Positions 37,340 through 46,685 of a DNA stretch of 64,000 nucleotides are shown piece by piece. Where the stretch lies: contig JACQZJ010000076.1 of NCBI GenBank assembly GCA_016213895.1, forward strand, positions 1,291 to 65,290. Reading direction: 5' to 3'. The number at the start of each line of letters is the position of its first letter. Positions within the stretch are counted from its first letter, which is position 1. Source of the stretch: Planctomycetota bacterium (GTDB taxonomy: Bacteria > Planctomycetota > B15-G4 > JADJEK01). The translations under genes were made by a program, and so were the position numbers. Under the pieces are notes generated by a model, which had not been told where the DNA came from, ran no database searches, and saw only the letters and a list, made by a program, of their open reading frames with translations.

Positions 37340-37849
37340 ATGCTTTCGCGTCGTTCCATGGTGGCGGCCTGCGCCGTGCTGCTCGGCGTCGCAGCCTTCG
37401 GCTTCACCTCGCACGCGGGCCCGGGCTCGACCGCGTGCATCTTCGGCGACACGCACGGCGACTGGCAGACGCCCACGCTCGTGACCCAGGGGTACGCAAA
37501 GGGCCTGCTCTACACGACCAGCGGCACCCTGATGTTCAAGATGGACGCCAAGCTCACGCTCGGGCCGGCGACGTCCGCGACCCAGAAGAGCGGCTACGTC
37601 AAGGGCTACCTCTGGGCCGTGAACAGCCCGACGCCGTCGAGCCAGCCGTACGCCTACGTCCTGGGCAAGTGGGTCGGCGACAGCACCGGCCACGGCAAGT
37701 TCAGCGCGAGCATCTACAAGCTGCCGACGACGACGCCCGTTCCGGCGCCGATCGGCCAGATCAGCGGGGAGTTCTACGATCCGCCGATCTCGACCACTCC
37801 CTATGACCCGGTCGGGAAGTACAAGGGCACGTGGCACATGTGCTTCTGA
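37340..37849 (+). CDS. Small secreted hypothetical protein
   Basis: There is a signal peptide (MLSRRSMVAACAVLLGVAAFGFTSHA). The protein is 169 aa, rich in T/P/Y/G, ends in C-terminal HMCF, and belongs to no recognised family. Confidence 0.5.
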   Translation: MLSRRSMVAACAVLLGVAAFGFTSHAGPGSTACIFGDTHGDWQTPTLVTQGYAKGLLYTTSGTLMFKMDAKLTLGPATSATQKSGYVKGYLWAVNSPTPSSQPYAYVLGKWVGDSTGHGKFSASIYKLPTTTPVPAPIGQISGEFYDPPISTTPYDPVGKYKGTWHMCF

Positions 37850-37928
37850 GGCCGAGGTTCACCCAGCAGGAGGCCGGGCTCCCTCGGGGGACCGGCCTCT
37901 CTTCTTGCATCGACGGCCGGCCGCGGGC

Positions 37929-38666
37929 ATGCTCGGCAGGGTGATCTCCACGGCACGCTCTCGCCCTATCCTGCTTGCGGCCCTGCTTCCAGCGCTGGCC
38001 GCCTGCTCCCTCTTCACTCGGTCGAGCGAGGCGGATCTGAGGAGGGTCGAGAGCTTCGGCGCGGGCAGGGTGGCGGGAGCGGTGGGGAACAAGCTCGTGG
38101 CGCACTTCGCGCCCGGGACGGAGGTCTACTCCTTCGACCACGAGGAGGGGGGGATCACTGTCGCGGTCACCGAGGTCGAGAACGACTACGACCGGCTGCG
38201 CATCGTGGCGCACCTCACCCTGCGGAGCCGCTTCGCGGAGGAGCTGCGCTTCACGCTCGCCGACGTGCGGCTCGACTACCGGGGCGTGGAGTACGGTGCG
38301 CAGGACGCCGCGCTTTGGCGCGAGAAGTCCGGGTTGAAGCCAGGCGTGGAGGAGAGCCGGTCCTGGGCCTTCCCGATCGGCACCTGGGTGGACGCCGGGA
38401 TCTACCAGGTGACGATTCGCGCCTTCCACCGCTCCGTGGACGGGCGCCTCGCGCCCGTCGCTTTCCAGGTCGCCTTCCCGATCAAGGTCCCGGGCGAGAA
38501 GCGTTCGCGGCTGTTCGGATGGGAGCCGGAGGGGGCGGTGAGCGGAGCGGTCGCGGCCGCTTCCCCGGCCTCCGGGGCCGGATCGCGACTCCCGGTGCAT
38601 CGAGCGCGCGACGAACGTCGAGCGGCTCTACGAGGCGTAGGCGAAGCAGGCGGTTCGTCGTGGTGA
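37929..38666 (+). CDS. Hypothetical lipoprotein
   Basis: The start is MLGRVISTARSRPILLAALLPALAACSLF (lipobox LAAC). The upstream part of the ORF is artefact. The C-terminal about 35 codons overlap the conserved 60-bp element, so the true stop is uncertain. Confidence 0.5.
   Translation: MLGRVISTARSRPILLAALLPALAACSLFTRSSEADLRRVESFGAGRVAGAVGNKLVAHFAPGTEVYSFDHEEGGITVAVTEVENDYDRLRIVAHLTLRSRFAEELRFTLADVRLDYRGVEYGAQDAALWREKSGLKPGVEESRSWAFPIGTWVDAGIYQVTIRAFHRSVDGRLAPVAFQVAFPIKVPGEKRSRLFGWEPEGAVSGAVAAASPASGAGSRLPVHRARDERRAALRGVGEAGGSSW
38559..38617. repeat. Copy A of a conserved ~60-bp element (GCTTCCCCGGCCTCCGGGGCCGGATCGCGACTCCCGGTGCATCGAGCGCGCGACGAACG)
   Basis: It aligns base-by-base with copies at 41599-41656 and 51274-51333. 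Confidence 0.8.
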
Positions 38667-38836
38667 AGGTACGCAGGGTGACGTGGTACGTCGTCGCTGC
38701 CGGCTCCTTCGCCGGGGAAGCGCCGCTCCGGTGCAACGTACTTGCGGACGGCGGTCGCGGGCCGGAGCCCGCTCCCGCCCCGGAATGAACGCGCCGCGCA
38801 GGGCGCGCGGCGCCGGAGAGGACGCGCGGGCGCGCC

Positions 38837-40462
38837 TCAGTCCAGTTCCGGGGCAAGGGGGGTGATGTGCGTGCCGTCACTGCTCACGTTCCCGATGAAG
38901 CTGGCGATCGTGCCGCTCTTGGCGAAGTCGATGCGGTTCTTCTTGGCCGTGTTGTCGTTGATCACGGCGTTGGTGCCGTTGTTCTCGATTCCCTCGGCGG
39001 CGTTGTCCGTGGCCGTGTTGTTGGTGAGTGAGTTGCCGTTTCCGGACTGCTCGTCGAAGCCGTCCCGGCCGTTGCCCTTGGCCTCGTTGTCGATCACGTC
39101 CATGCTGTTGCCGGACAGATAGAAGCCGTCGCCGGAGCAGCCCTTGGCCACGTTCTTGGCCAGGTCGTGGCCGTTGCCCTCGATGTGGAACACGTCGCGG
39201 CTCTGGCCGCCGCAGTCCTCCACGATGTTCAGCTTGATGCTGAAGTTCGTGCAGTTGGAGGTGACCTGGATGCCGTGCGATCCAGAGCCCTTCACCCTGT
39301 TGCTCCGCACCACGCCGTTCACCACCGCCACCCCGTCGACACGGATGCCCTCGCTGTTGCCGAACACCTCCTCGCAGACGTTGCCGATGATGCGCGGCAG
39401 CAAGCCCTCGTAGCGGATGGCCTCGTTCGACACTCGGCGGATGCGGTTGTCCTCCACCGTGTTGCCATCGCCGTCAATGTTGATGCCGTAGTTGGCGATG
39501 TCGAGGAGGCTGTTCTCCTCCACCGCGTTCGAGTTCCCGGACATGTAGATTCCGTAGTTCGCTATGGAGCGCAGCTTGTTGTTCCGCACCAGGGTGCCGT
39601 TGCCCGACATGTAGATGCCCCAGTTCGAGTTGTAGGCGATGTCGTTGTCGAGGACCTGGGCGTCGTCTCCCTCGATGTAAACGCCCCAGTTGTCTCCGTA
39701 GCGGAGCACGTTGTTCCTCACCACGGCGTTGTTGCCGTTGACGCAGTAGCACCAGTTGCCGTTGTGGAGCGCCTTGCAGTCCTCGATCAGGCAATCCGCG
39801 CCGATGATCTCGACCGCGTGTCCGTTCACGTAGTCGAAGGAGCACTTGGCCACGCGAGCCGAGTTGCCGGTGATGCGGATGGCGTCGCCCGCGCAGTGCT
39901 TGACCGTGAGCTTCGAGACGAGCGTCACGTCTCCCGTCGCCAGCACGCAGCGGCCGAAGGTGCCCCACGAGGCGCAGTCGGCGATCACGGCGCTGTTCGC
40001 GGTCTCGACGTAGACGTCGGCCGTCTCGTTGGCCGTGAAGTCGCATCCCTTGACCGCGAGCTGGTCCTGCTTGCCGTGGACGCCGTAGCCGCCGAGGCCG
40101 CCGTTGTTCAGGGCGTTCTTGATCGTGAAGCCGTGGATGGTGACCTCGCTGGAGTCGACCAGGATGCCCGGGCCGGCGCCCGCGCCGCCCGCTGGCCGGG
40201 CGTCGATCGTCACCTTGCCCGCCGCCTTGAGCGTGAGTCCGTTCTTCCCGGCCGGGATCGAGACGTTCTCCTGGTACAGGCCCTTCTTGACCAGGACGGT
40301 GTCGTTCGGGCCGGCGAGGTTGACGCCGGACTGGATGGTGGGATGAGGCCCGCCCTTCTTGACGACGATCGTGGCGGCGTGCGCCGAGCCCGCGAGGAGC
40401 AGGATGGCCAGAAGTGCGAAGAGGCGTGCACCGGAGGTGCCGTGGGCCTTGTGATTGAACAT
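38837..40462 (-). CDS. Secreted right-handed parallel beta-helix repeat protein (pectate-lyase/NosD-like fold)
   Basis: There is a signal peptide (LFALLAILLLAGSAHA). Many N/G-rich PbH1-type repeats follow (NNVLRYGDNWGVYIEGDDAQVLDNDIAYNSNWGIYMSGNGTLVRNN...). Confidence 0.8.
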   Translation of the reverse strand: MFNHKAHGTSGARLFALLAILLLAGSAHAATIVVKKGGPHPTIQSGVNLAGPNDTVLVKKGLYQENVSIPAGKNGLTLKAAGKVTIDARPAGGAGAGPGILVDSSEVTIHGFTIKNALNNGGLGGYGVHGKQDQLAVKGCDFTANETADVYVETANSAVIADCASWGTFGRCVLATGDVTLVSKLTVKHCAGDAIRITGNSARVAKCSFDYVNGHAVEIIGADCLIEDCKALHNGNWCYCVNGNNAVVRNNVLRYGDNWGVYIEGDDAQVLDNDIAYNSNWGIYMSGNGTLVRNNKLRSIANYGIYMSGNSNAVEENSLLDIANYGINIDGDGNTVEDNRIRRVSNEAIRYEGLLPRIIGNVCEEVFGNSEGIRVDGVAVVNGVVRSNRVKGSGSHGIQVTSNCTNFSIKLNIVEDCGGQSRDVFHIEGNGHDLAKNVAKGCSGDGFYLSGNSMDVIDNEAKGNGRDGFDEQSGNGNSLTNNTATDNAAEGIENNGTNAVINDNTAKKNRIDFAKSGTIASFIGNVSSDGTHITPLAPELD

Positions 40463-40534
40463 GGTCCTGTTCTCCTGTGCCGGCCGTACTTCGCCATTCT
40501 AGCGAAAGGGCTTGGCCTCGCGGCAGGACACTGG

Positions 40535-41438
40535 TCAGGGTGCGGGCGCGGCGAGAAAGACCAGGGGTTCTCCCGGGAGGATGGGGTCCGCGCGCCTGGC
40601 GGGCAGAATGAGCACGGCGTCCGCTTCCAGCGTGACGCGCCGGCCGTCCGGGTAGGCGCCGAGCGCCGTGCCGCGCGCCGCGGGCTGGAGGTTCCGCTCC
40701 ATGCCCTCGAACCAGCGGAAGCCTCCGGCCTCGCACAAGAGCACGTCCCGGACCTCGAGCCTCTCCTTCCTGCCGCGCGTGCGGAAGGCCCGCCCCAGGA
40801 TCATGCCGAGCCCGGCCATGAGGTTGATCATCTCGTCGCGGGCGAAGCGCAGCAGGTCCCTGGGCTCCTCGAGGCAGCCCAGCTCGTAGCGCACGCCCAC
40901 GCCGCCGCAGGCGAAGAGGACGCGGTCGAGAGGGGCGCCCGCGGCGCAGGGCAGCGGGTCGGAGATGAGCACGCGGGCCGCGAGCAGGTTCGTGACCTCG
41001 ATGTGGCGCGGGCAGGCGAGGGGCGCCTGCTGCACGAGGAAGCCGCGGCCGGGCGCGGCGCCTGCGTGGAAGTCGACCAGGATCTCGATCTCCGCTTCGG
41101 CCAGGAGGCGCACGATCTCCCGCGCGCGCCGTTCCTCGTAGGCTCCGGGCGGCCGCGCCAAGGCGGCCGGGTGGAAGCAGCGGTCCAGATCGACGCCGTC
41201 CTTCGACCAGGGCAGGTCCTGGGCGAGGGCGCGCGGGTTGGAGGCGAGCAGGAGCACTTTCCCCTCGGACAGTCCGAGCTCGTCCGTGGCGAACATGGCC
41301 AGGAGCTGCTGGATGGCATCGACCGGCGCGGGCTCGTCTCCGCGCACGCCGCCGGCGATGCACAGGCTCGGCCCGCTCGACCCCGAGTCGATCAGGCACA
41401 CGCCGCTGTCTCGGATCCGCTCGACCATAGGACCGGGA
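40535..41438 (-). CDS. Succinylglutamate desuccinylase/aspartoacylase (AstE/AspA) family protein
   Basis: The start is MVERIRDSGVCLIDSGSSGPSLCIAGGVRGDEP. HAGAAPG and VLLCEAGGFRWFEGME fit the M14-like deacylase family. The upstream 70 codons of the track ORF are probably not translated. Confidence 0.65.
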
Positions 41439-41598
41439 ACCGTCTGCAGGTTGCACCGCAGGATAGAGAGCGACTTCGCTTGGGGGAACCGAGACGAGCG
41501 AAGGCGATGGGCGTTGGAAGGACGCGAAGAGGGAGAGGAGGAGCTCGCGGCTGTCTGCCCGGATCCGGAGGGGAGCGCGGTGAGAGGAGCGTCGCAGC

Positions 41599-41656
41599 CG
41601 CTTTCCCGGTTCCGGGGCCGGGTGCGCGCCTTCCGGTGCATGGTGTGCGCGACGAA
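41599..41656. repeat. Copy B of the conserved ~60-bp element, in the divergent region between the AstE-like and GT2-fusion genes
   Basis: The sequence is GCTTTCCCGGTTCCGGGGCCGGGTGCGCGCCTTCCGGTGCATGGTGTGCGCGACGAATG. Confidence 0.8.
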
Positions 41657-41796
41657 TGATGCCTGGCCTGCTGGCGGCGGAGGCGACGCGGGCGGCTCGG
41701 CGCGGACGTGCCGCCGAAGCCGCGGGCGAAGGGCCCGCGCCTGCCAACCATGAACGCGCCGAAGACGGCGCGGGGCATCGGCTAGGATCGGCCGGG

Positions 41797-44412
41797 ATGA
41801 GGCCCTGCGTCATTGTTCCGGCCTACGAGAACGAGCGCACCGTCGCCGCGGTGGCGCGCGGCGCCGCGGCGCTGGGGCTTCCGGTCATCGTCGTGGACGA
41901 CGGGTCGCGCGATCGCACGGCCGAGGCCGCGCGGGAGATCGACGGCGTGACCGTGCTGCGCCACGAGCGGAACCAGGGGAAGGGCGCGGCCCTGCGGAGC
42001 GGGTTCTTGGCGGCCGCGGAGCGGGGATTCACGCACGCGCTGACCATCGACGCGGACGGCCAGCACCTGCCCGAGGACATTCCGCGTTTGCTGGAAGCCG
42101 CGCGCGCGGAGCCCGCGGCGCTCATCCTCGGCGCGCGCGACCTGGCCGCGGCCGGGGCCGGGCGCGGCTCGCGCTTCGGCCGCGCCTTCTCGAACTTCTG
42201 GACCCTGGTCGAGACCGGGCTCCGGCTCGAGGACACGCAGAGCGGATTCCGCCTCTATCCCCTCGGGGCGCTCGCGGCGTTGCGCCTCGAGGCCAGCGGC
42301 TACGACTTCGAGATCGAGGCGCTGGTCAAGGCCGCCTGGAGCGGCGTGCCCGTGCGCTCCGTCCCGGTGCGCGCGCGCTACTTCCAGGGAGCGGAGCGCG
42401 TGTCGCACTTCCGGCCGTTCCTGGACTTCGCCCGCATCAGCCGCCTGAACACGCGCCTGGTGACGCTGCGCATCTGTCTGCCGCGAGCCTGCCTGGCAGC
42501 CCTGTTCCGGCGCGATCTGGCCCATCTCTCCTGGCCGCGGCGTCTGTGGCGAGGCCTCGCGCTCGCCCGCGGCCGCGCGCGGCGCAGGGTCCCTCTGCCG
42601 TTCCTGCTGCTTCCGGCCGGAACCGGCCTCGTGCTCGCGGCCGCGGCGCTGCAGGGCGCGGCGCGGGTCGTCTCGTTCGCGGGCGCGCTCGGGCTCCTCG
42701 CCGGCGCCGCCGCCATCCTGGCGTTTCTCTTCCGGCGCGCCGAGCTCTTCCTGGCGGCCTTCCTGCCGGCCGCGGTCGGACTGCTGCTGGCGCTCGGTGT
42801 CGCGGGCTTCCTGGGCGGCGTTTCTCCAGGTCCGGCCGCGGGCGCCGCGCTTGCCGCGGCACTCGCGCTCGAGGCGGCCGCCCTGCTCCTCGCCTATCTG
42901 CGCCGCTTCCGCGGGCAGAAGGACCGCGTCGCCCTGGTCGCCTGGAGCGTGCCCGTCACGGCCGCGCTCGCCGCCCTCGCCTGGCGCGCCGGCCTGGGAC
43001 CGCCGTGGCCGCAAGGCTGGCCGGCCCTGGTCGCGGGAACGTGCGGCGTGCTGCTCCTCTCGCCCTTCTGCTGCCGCGCCGTGCTGGTGCGCGCCGGGCC
43101 AAACGGCACGCCCGCGCCCGCGAACATGCTCGCGGCCCTGCGCGTGTTCTGGCTGATGCTCGCCGGTGGCGCGCGGCACTTCCTGGCGCGCGCGCCGGGC
43201 GCGAACCGGCGAGCGGCGCAGCGCGCCGCGGTCGATCGCATCCAGGCCATCGCCCGCGCCATCCAGCAGGGCGTGCCGCTCGGCCGGCGCGTCTTCCTCG
43301 GTCTGGAGCGCATCCCGCGCGGCCAGCCCTGCGTCGTGGTCGCGAACCACGAGTCCATGTACGACATCATGGCAGCTCTCGCCCTGCCGCTGCCCCTTCG
43401 CATCCTCGCCAAGAGGTGGGTGTGGAGGATGCCCGTGCTCGGGGCCATGGTGCGCGCCGCCGGCTACATCCTGGTCGAGGAGGATCGCACGGAGGCCCTG
43501 TTCGAACAGGCGGCCCGTTCGCTCGCGGAAGGCGTCTCGCTTCTCGTCTTTCCCGAGGGGACGCGCAGCCGCAGCGGCAGGATGGGCCGCTTCCACAACG
43601 GCGCCTTCGCCATCGCGCGGCGCTGCGGCGTGCCCGTGCTGCCGGTGGCCATGGTGAACACGCGCGAGACGGTTCCGCCGGGCACCTGGTGGGTGGGGGA
43701 GCACGACGCGCGCATCGTCGTGCTCGAGGCCATGGACCCGGGCGCCTTCAGCGGCGAGGGCGCCGACCGCAGGATGGCTCGCGCGGCGCGCGAGCGCATC
43801 GCCGCGTGCTGCCGCGACCTCTGGCTCGAGACCCAGTACGGGCCGGTCTGGCATCGCATCCTCTCCGGCATGTACCGCTGCCGGGGACTGCGCGCGAACG
43901 CGGCCGCGCGCGGGATCCGGAGCGATCCGTTCCTTCACGCCCTGCCGCGCCTCTGCGCGGGGAACGGGCGCGTCCTCATCCTCGGCTGCGGCTTCGGTCT
44001 CAGCGCCGCGCGCCTGGCGCTCGCCTATCCGGCGCGCGAGATCATCGCGGTCGGGCCGCCCGGCCGCGCGCTGCGCGCCGCGCGCGCCGCCCTGGGGGAC
44101 CGCTTCCCCGTCGCCTTCGTCGCGGCGGATCCAGCCGCGTGCGAGGCGCCGCCGGCGCAGTGGACCATCCTCGACGTCCTGGCTCTGCGCCAGGAGGCGT
44201 TTCCCGCGCTCTTGCGGCGCGTGGCCGGGGTCGCGGCGCCGGGCGCGCGCCTGCTGCTGCGCGGCCGGCAGGGCGACTGCGAGCGAGCGCTCGCGGAATG
44301 CGGCTTCGCCGTGGACGAGGAGCGCGGCGACCTCTGCCGGGCCGGAGAGGTCGTGCTCCTCTGCACCCCGCGGGCGTTCAGCCCGTCTGGCGGAACGTCG
44401 CGGTGCGGTTGA
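41797..44412 (+). CDS. Tri-domain fusion: GT2 glycosyltransferase + polytopic membrane region + lysophospholipid-acyltransferase (PlsC-type HX4D) + class I SAM methyltransferase
   Basis: The start is MRPCVIVPAYENERT. The GT2 region has the motifs VVDDGSRDRT...TIDADGQH. The membrane region has Ala/Leu-rich TM runs. The acyltransferase region has VVANHESMYD (HX4D) and FPEGTRS. The C-terminal region has VLILGCGFG (GxGxG SAM motif). Confidence 0.8.
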   Translation: MRPCVIVPAYENERTVAAVARGAAALGLPVIVVDDGSRDRTAEAAREIDGVTVLRHERNQGKGAALRSGFLAAAERGFTHALTIDADGQHLPEDIPRLLEAARAEPAALILGARDLAAAGAGRGSRFGRAFSNFWTLVETGLRLEDTQSGFRLYPLGALAALRLEASGYDFEIEALVKAAWSGVPVRSVPVRARYFQGAERVSHFRPFLDFARISRLNTRLVTLRICLPRACLAALFRRDLAHLSWPRRLWRGLALARGRARRRVPLPFLLLPAGTGLVLAAAALQGAARVVSFAGALGLLAGAAAILAFLFRRAELFLAAFLPAAVGLLLALGVAGFLGGVSPGPAAGAALAAALALEAAALLLAYLRRFRGQKDRVALVAWSVPVTAALAALAWRAGLGPPWPQGWPALVAGTCGVLLLSPFCCRAVLVRAGPNGTPAPANMLAALRVFWLMLAGGARHFLARAPGANRRAAQRAAVDRIQAIARAIQQGVPLGRRVFLGLERIPRGQPCVVVANHESMYDIMAALALPLPLRILAKRWVWRMPVLGAMVRAAGYILVEEDRTEALFEQAARSLAEGVSLLVFPEGTRSRSGRMGRFHNGAFAIARRCGVPVLPVAMVNTRETVPPGTWWVGEHDARIVVLEAMDPGAFSGEGADRRMARAARERIAACCRDLWLETQYGPVWHRILSGMYRCRGLRANAAARGIRSDPFLHALPRLCAGNGRVLILGCGFGLSAARLALAYPAREIIAVGPPGRALRAARAALGDRFPVAFVAADPAACEAPPAQWTILDVLALRQEAFPALLRRVAGVAAPGARLLLRGRQGDCERALAECGFAVDEERGDLCRAGEVVLLCTPRAFSPSGGTSRCG

Positions 44413-46638
44413 CGAGGAAGACCTTCTTCTCGGTCTTGCCCGTATCCGGCCAGGTGACGCTGATGCGTACCTTGCCGCGGTAGTCGCCCAGGCCGAAGTG
44501 CAGCGTGTAGCCGTCCTGGGAGGTCGTGCCGCGCCCGCCGTTCTGCTCGCGCACCAAGGAGAACGCCGCCTCGCCCTCGGCGGGCTCCGCCACCACGCGC
44601 GCCCCCACGCCGAAGCGGTTCCTCTTGCGACCCACCAGGTTCACCTTGACCCAGTGGTTGGCGTTGCCGCGATTGCGGAAGAGCTTCATGCCCGAGCCGG
44701 AGCCGATCACCAGGTCGAGGTCGCCGTCGTCGTCGTAGTCGAACCACGCCTGCCCCCAGCCGTTGAAGGCGATCGCGCGGCCGCGGCAGGTGATGGGCTG
44801 GAAGCGGCCCGCGCCGTCGTTCTGGTACAGGCAGGAGGGCACGCCCTCGTAGGTGCACGTCACCGAGAGGTCGAGGTCGCCGTCGTTGTCGAGGTCGGCG
44901 AAGGCCGGATCGGAGTGCGTCTCCTGGAAGCGGATGCCGCGCGCGCGCCGTTCCTCCGAGAAGGCGAAACCCTGCGCCGCGCCGCCGTTGAGATAGAGCA
45001 TGGACAGGTTCGAGAAGCCCTGCACGATGAAGCGCGGGTGGGCGAGGTTGGCGCAGAACAGGTCGAAGTCGCCGTCGTTGTCGATGTCCCCCCAGACCGA
45101 GCCGATGGTGTGGCCGTAGTACTGGTGTTCGCGCCGGTCGGCCTCGCCCTGCAGGCCGATCTCGGCAGCTAGGTCGATGAACTTGCCCTTGCCGTCGTTC
45201 CGGAACAGGAAGTTCGGGTTGAGCCGGTAGTTCGAGACGTACACGTCCTGGTCGCCGTCCGCGTCGAAGTCGCAGGCGGCCACGCCGCGCCCGCAGCGCG
45301 CGGCCACGGCCAGGATGCCCGCGTCCTGGGAAACGTCGCGGAAGGTGCCGTCGCGGTTGTTCCGGACCAACAGGTCCGGGTGCCCCACGGCCATGGGCTC
45401 TTCGTACACGGCCAGGTAGAAGTCGAGGAAGCCGTCGCCGTCCAGGTCGAGCCAGGCCGCCCCCTCGGGCTGCGCCTCGACCTTGAGCGCCGCGAGCCCG
45501 GCCTGGTCGGTGACGTCGCGGAACGCGTACTTCTCCTTCTTGCCGCCGTTTTGCAGCAGGAAGGGGTGGGGCGCCGCGGGAAGGAGCAGGTCGAGGTCGC
45601 CGTCGTTGTCGTAGTCGCCGAACAGGGCCGAACCGCCGCGCGCCTTGATCCCGGCCTGCTCGGTGACGTCCAGGAACGAGCGCCCGCCCTCGTTCCGCAG
45701 GAGCACGCCCGAGCAGCACAGGTCGGGATCGCCGTCTTCGTCATAGTCGGCGGCCGCGACGCGCCCGTGCCGCATCCCTTCGAGGCCGGCTTCCTTCGTG
45801 ACGTCGTCGAAGACCGCTCCCGGCTCCGCCTCGCGCGCCGTGAGCGGGTTCTCGGCCGCGTCCAGGCAGCCGCTGAGCGAGCAGGCCAGCACCAGGTTGT
45901 TGAAGGCGCCGTCGCAGTCGACGTCGCACCTCTCGCGCTTCTCCAGGTCGCCGGCGCCGGATGCGTCCGCGCCCGCGTAGCTCTGCGCGCGCGCCGCCTC
46001 GTCCCAGGCCAGGGCGAAGGCGCGGCGCGCGAGGTCGAGCGTCTTCTCGCCGCCGCTGCCGGCGCGCACGTGCGCCTGGCAGTAGAGCGTGAGGAGCGCG
46101 CGCTCTGCCGCCGGGCTGCCCTTGGCCCGCTCCAGCCACTGGTCGAAGCAGCCGGCGAAGCGCTCCGCGGCCGCCGCGTCGCCGCTTTTCAGCGCGGCCA
46201 TGAGCAGGCGCGACGCTGGAGTGCTGGAGTAGGGGCTGTCCGGGAAGGCGGCAAACAGCGCGCCCCAGCACTTCTCGTTGAACGCGGGATCGAAGTTGGC
46301 CCAGCAGTGCATGTAGATGGCGTCCACGACCTCGGCCAGGGGCGAGCCGAACGCGCCGAGGGAGTCCTGCGCGTGGAAGCCGCCCTGCTCCAGGGCCTGC
46401 AGCTCCTTGACGCTCTCGTCGAACTTCATCTGGCCGGCGAGGGCCACGGCGAGGAAGGCGCGCGCGGCCAGGTCCTCGGCGTCCGCGGCCAGGCGCTCGG
46501 CGCACAGCTTCTCCAGCTCGGCGAAGCTCGAGCCCTCCTTGAGCGCGGAGGCGCGCTGGAAGAAGTCCGCGTCGCTCTGCCGCGGCGCCGCCAGGAGGAG
46601 CGTCAAGAGCCAGTGCGCGGCGAGCCAGTGAGCAGGCA
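44378..46638 (-). CDS. Secreted CRTAC1-family protein: N-terminal TPR-like region, FG-GAP/VCBS repeats, C-terminal ASPIC/UnbV domain
   Basis: The start is MPAHWLAAHWLLTLLLAAP (signal peptide), with AGGAGGAA upstream. DxDGDGxxD repeats recur (DYDEDGDPDL, DYDNDGDLDL, DLDGDGFLDF, DFDADGDQDV, DIDNDGDFDL, DLDNDGDLDL, DYDDDGDLDL). The C-terminal HWVKVNLVGRKRNRFGVGARV...GGRGTTSQDGYTLHFGLGD is the UnbV_ASPIC signature. Confidence 0.75.
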
Positions 46639-46685
46639 TGGGTTCCTCCTGCGCGGGAAGCGGCCGCTCGAGAGCATAGCGACCG

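Noticed and set aside
37210-37340. Rho-independent terminator after the CrtI-like gene
   Set aside because: There is a GC-rich imperfect dyad (GTCGCGCCGCAGGCGCGGC) but no downstream U-tract. This is too weak to call in a high-GC genome, where such dyads are common.
41782-43938. 718-aa minus-strand ORF antisense to the GT2-LPLAT-MTase gene
   Set aside because: It is Arg/Gly/Ala-rich with no domain motifs. The plus-strand gene has three clear enzyme signatures.
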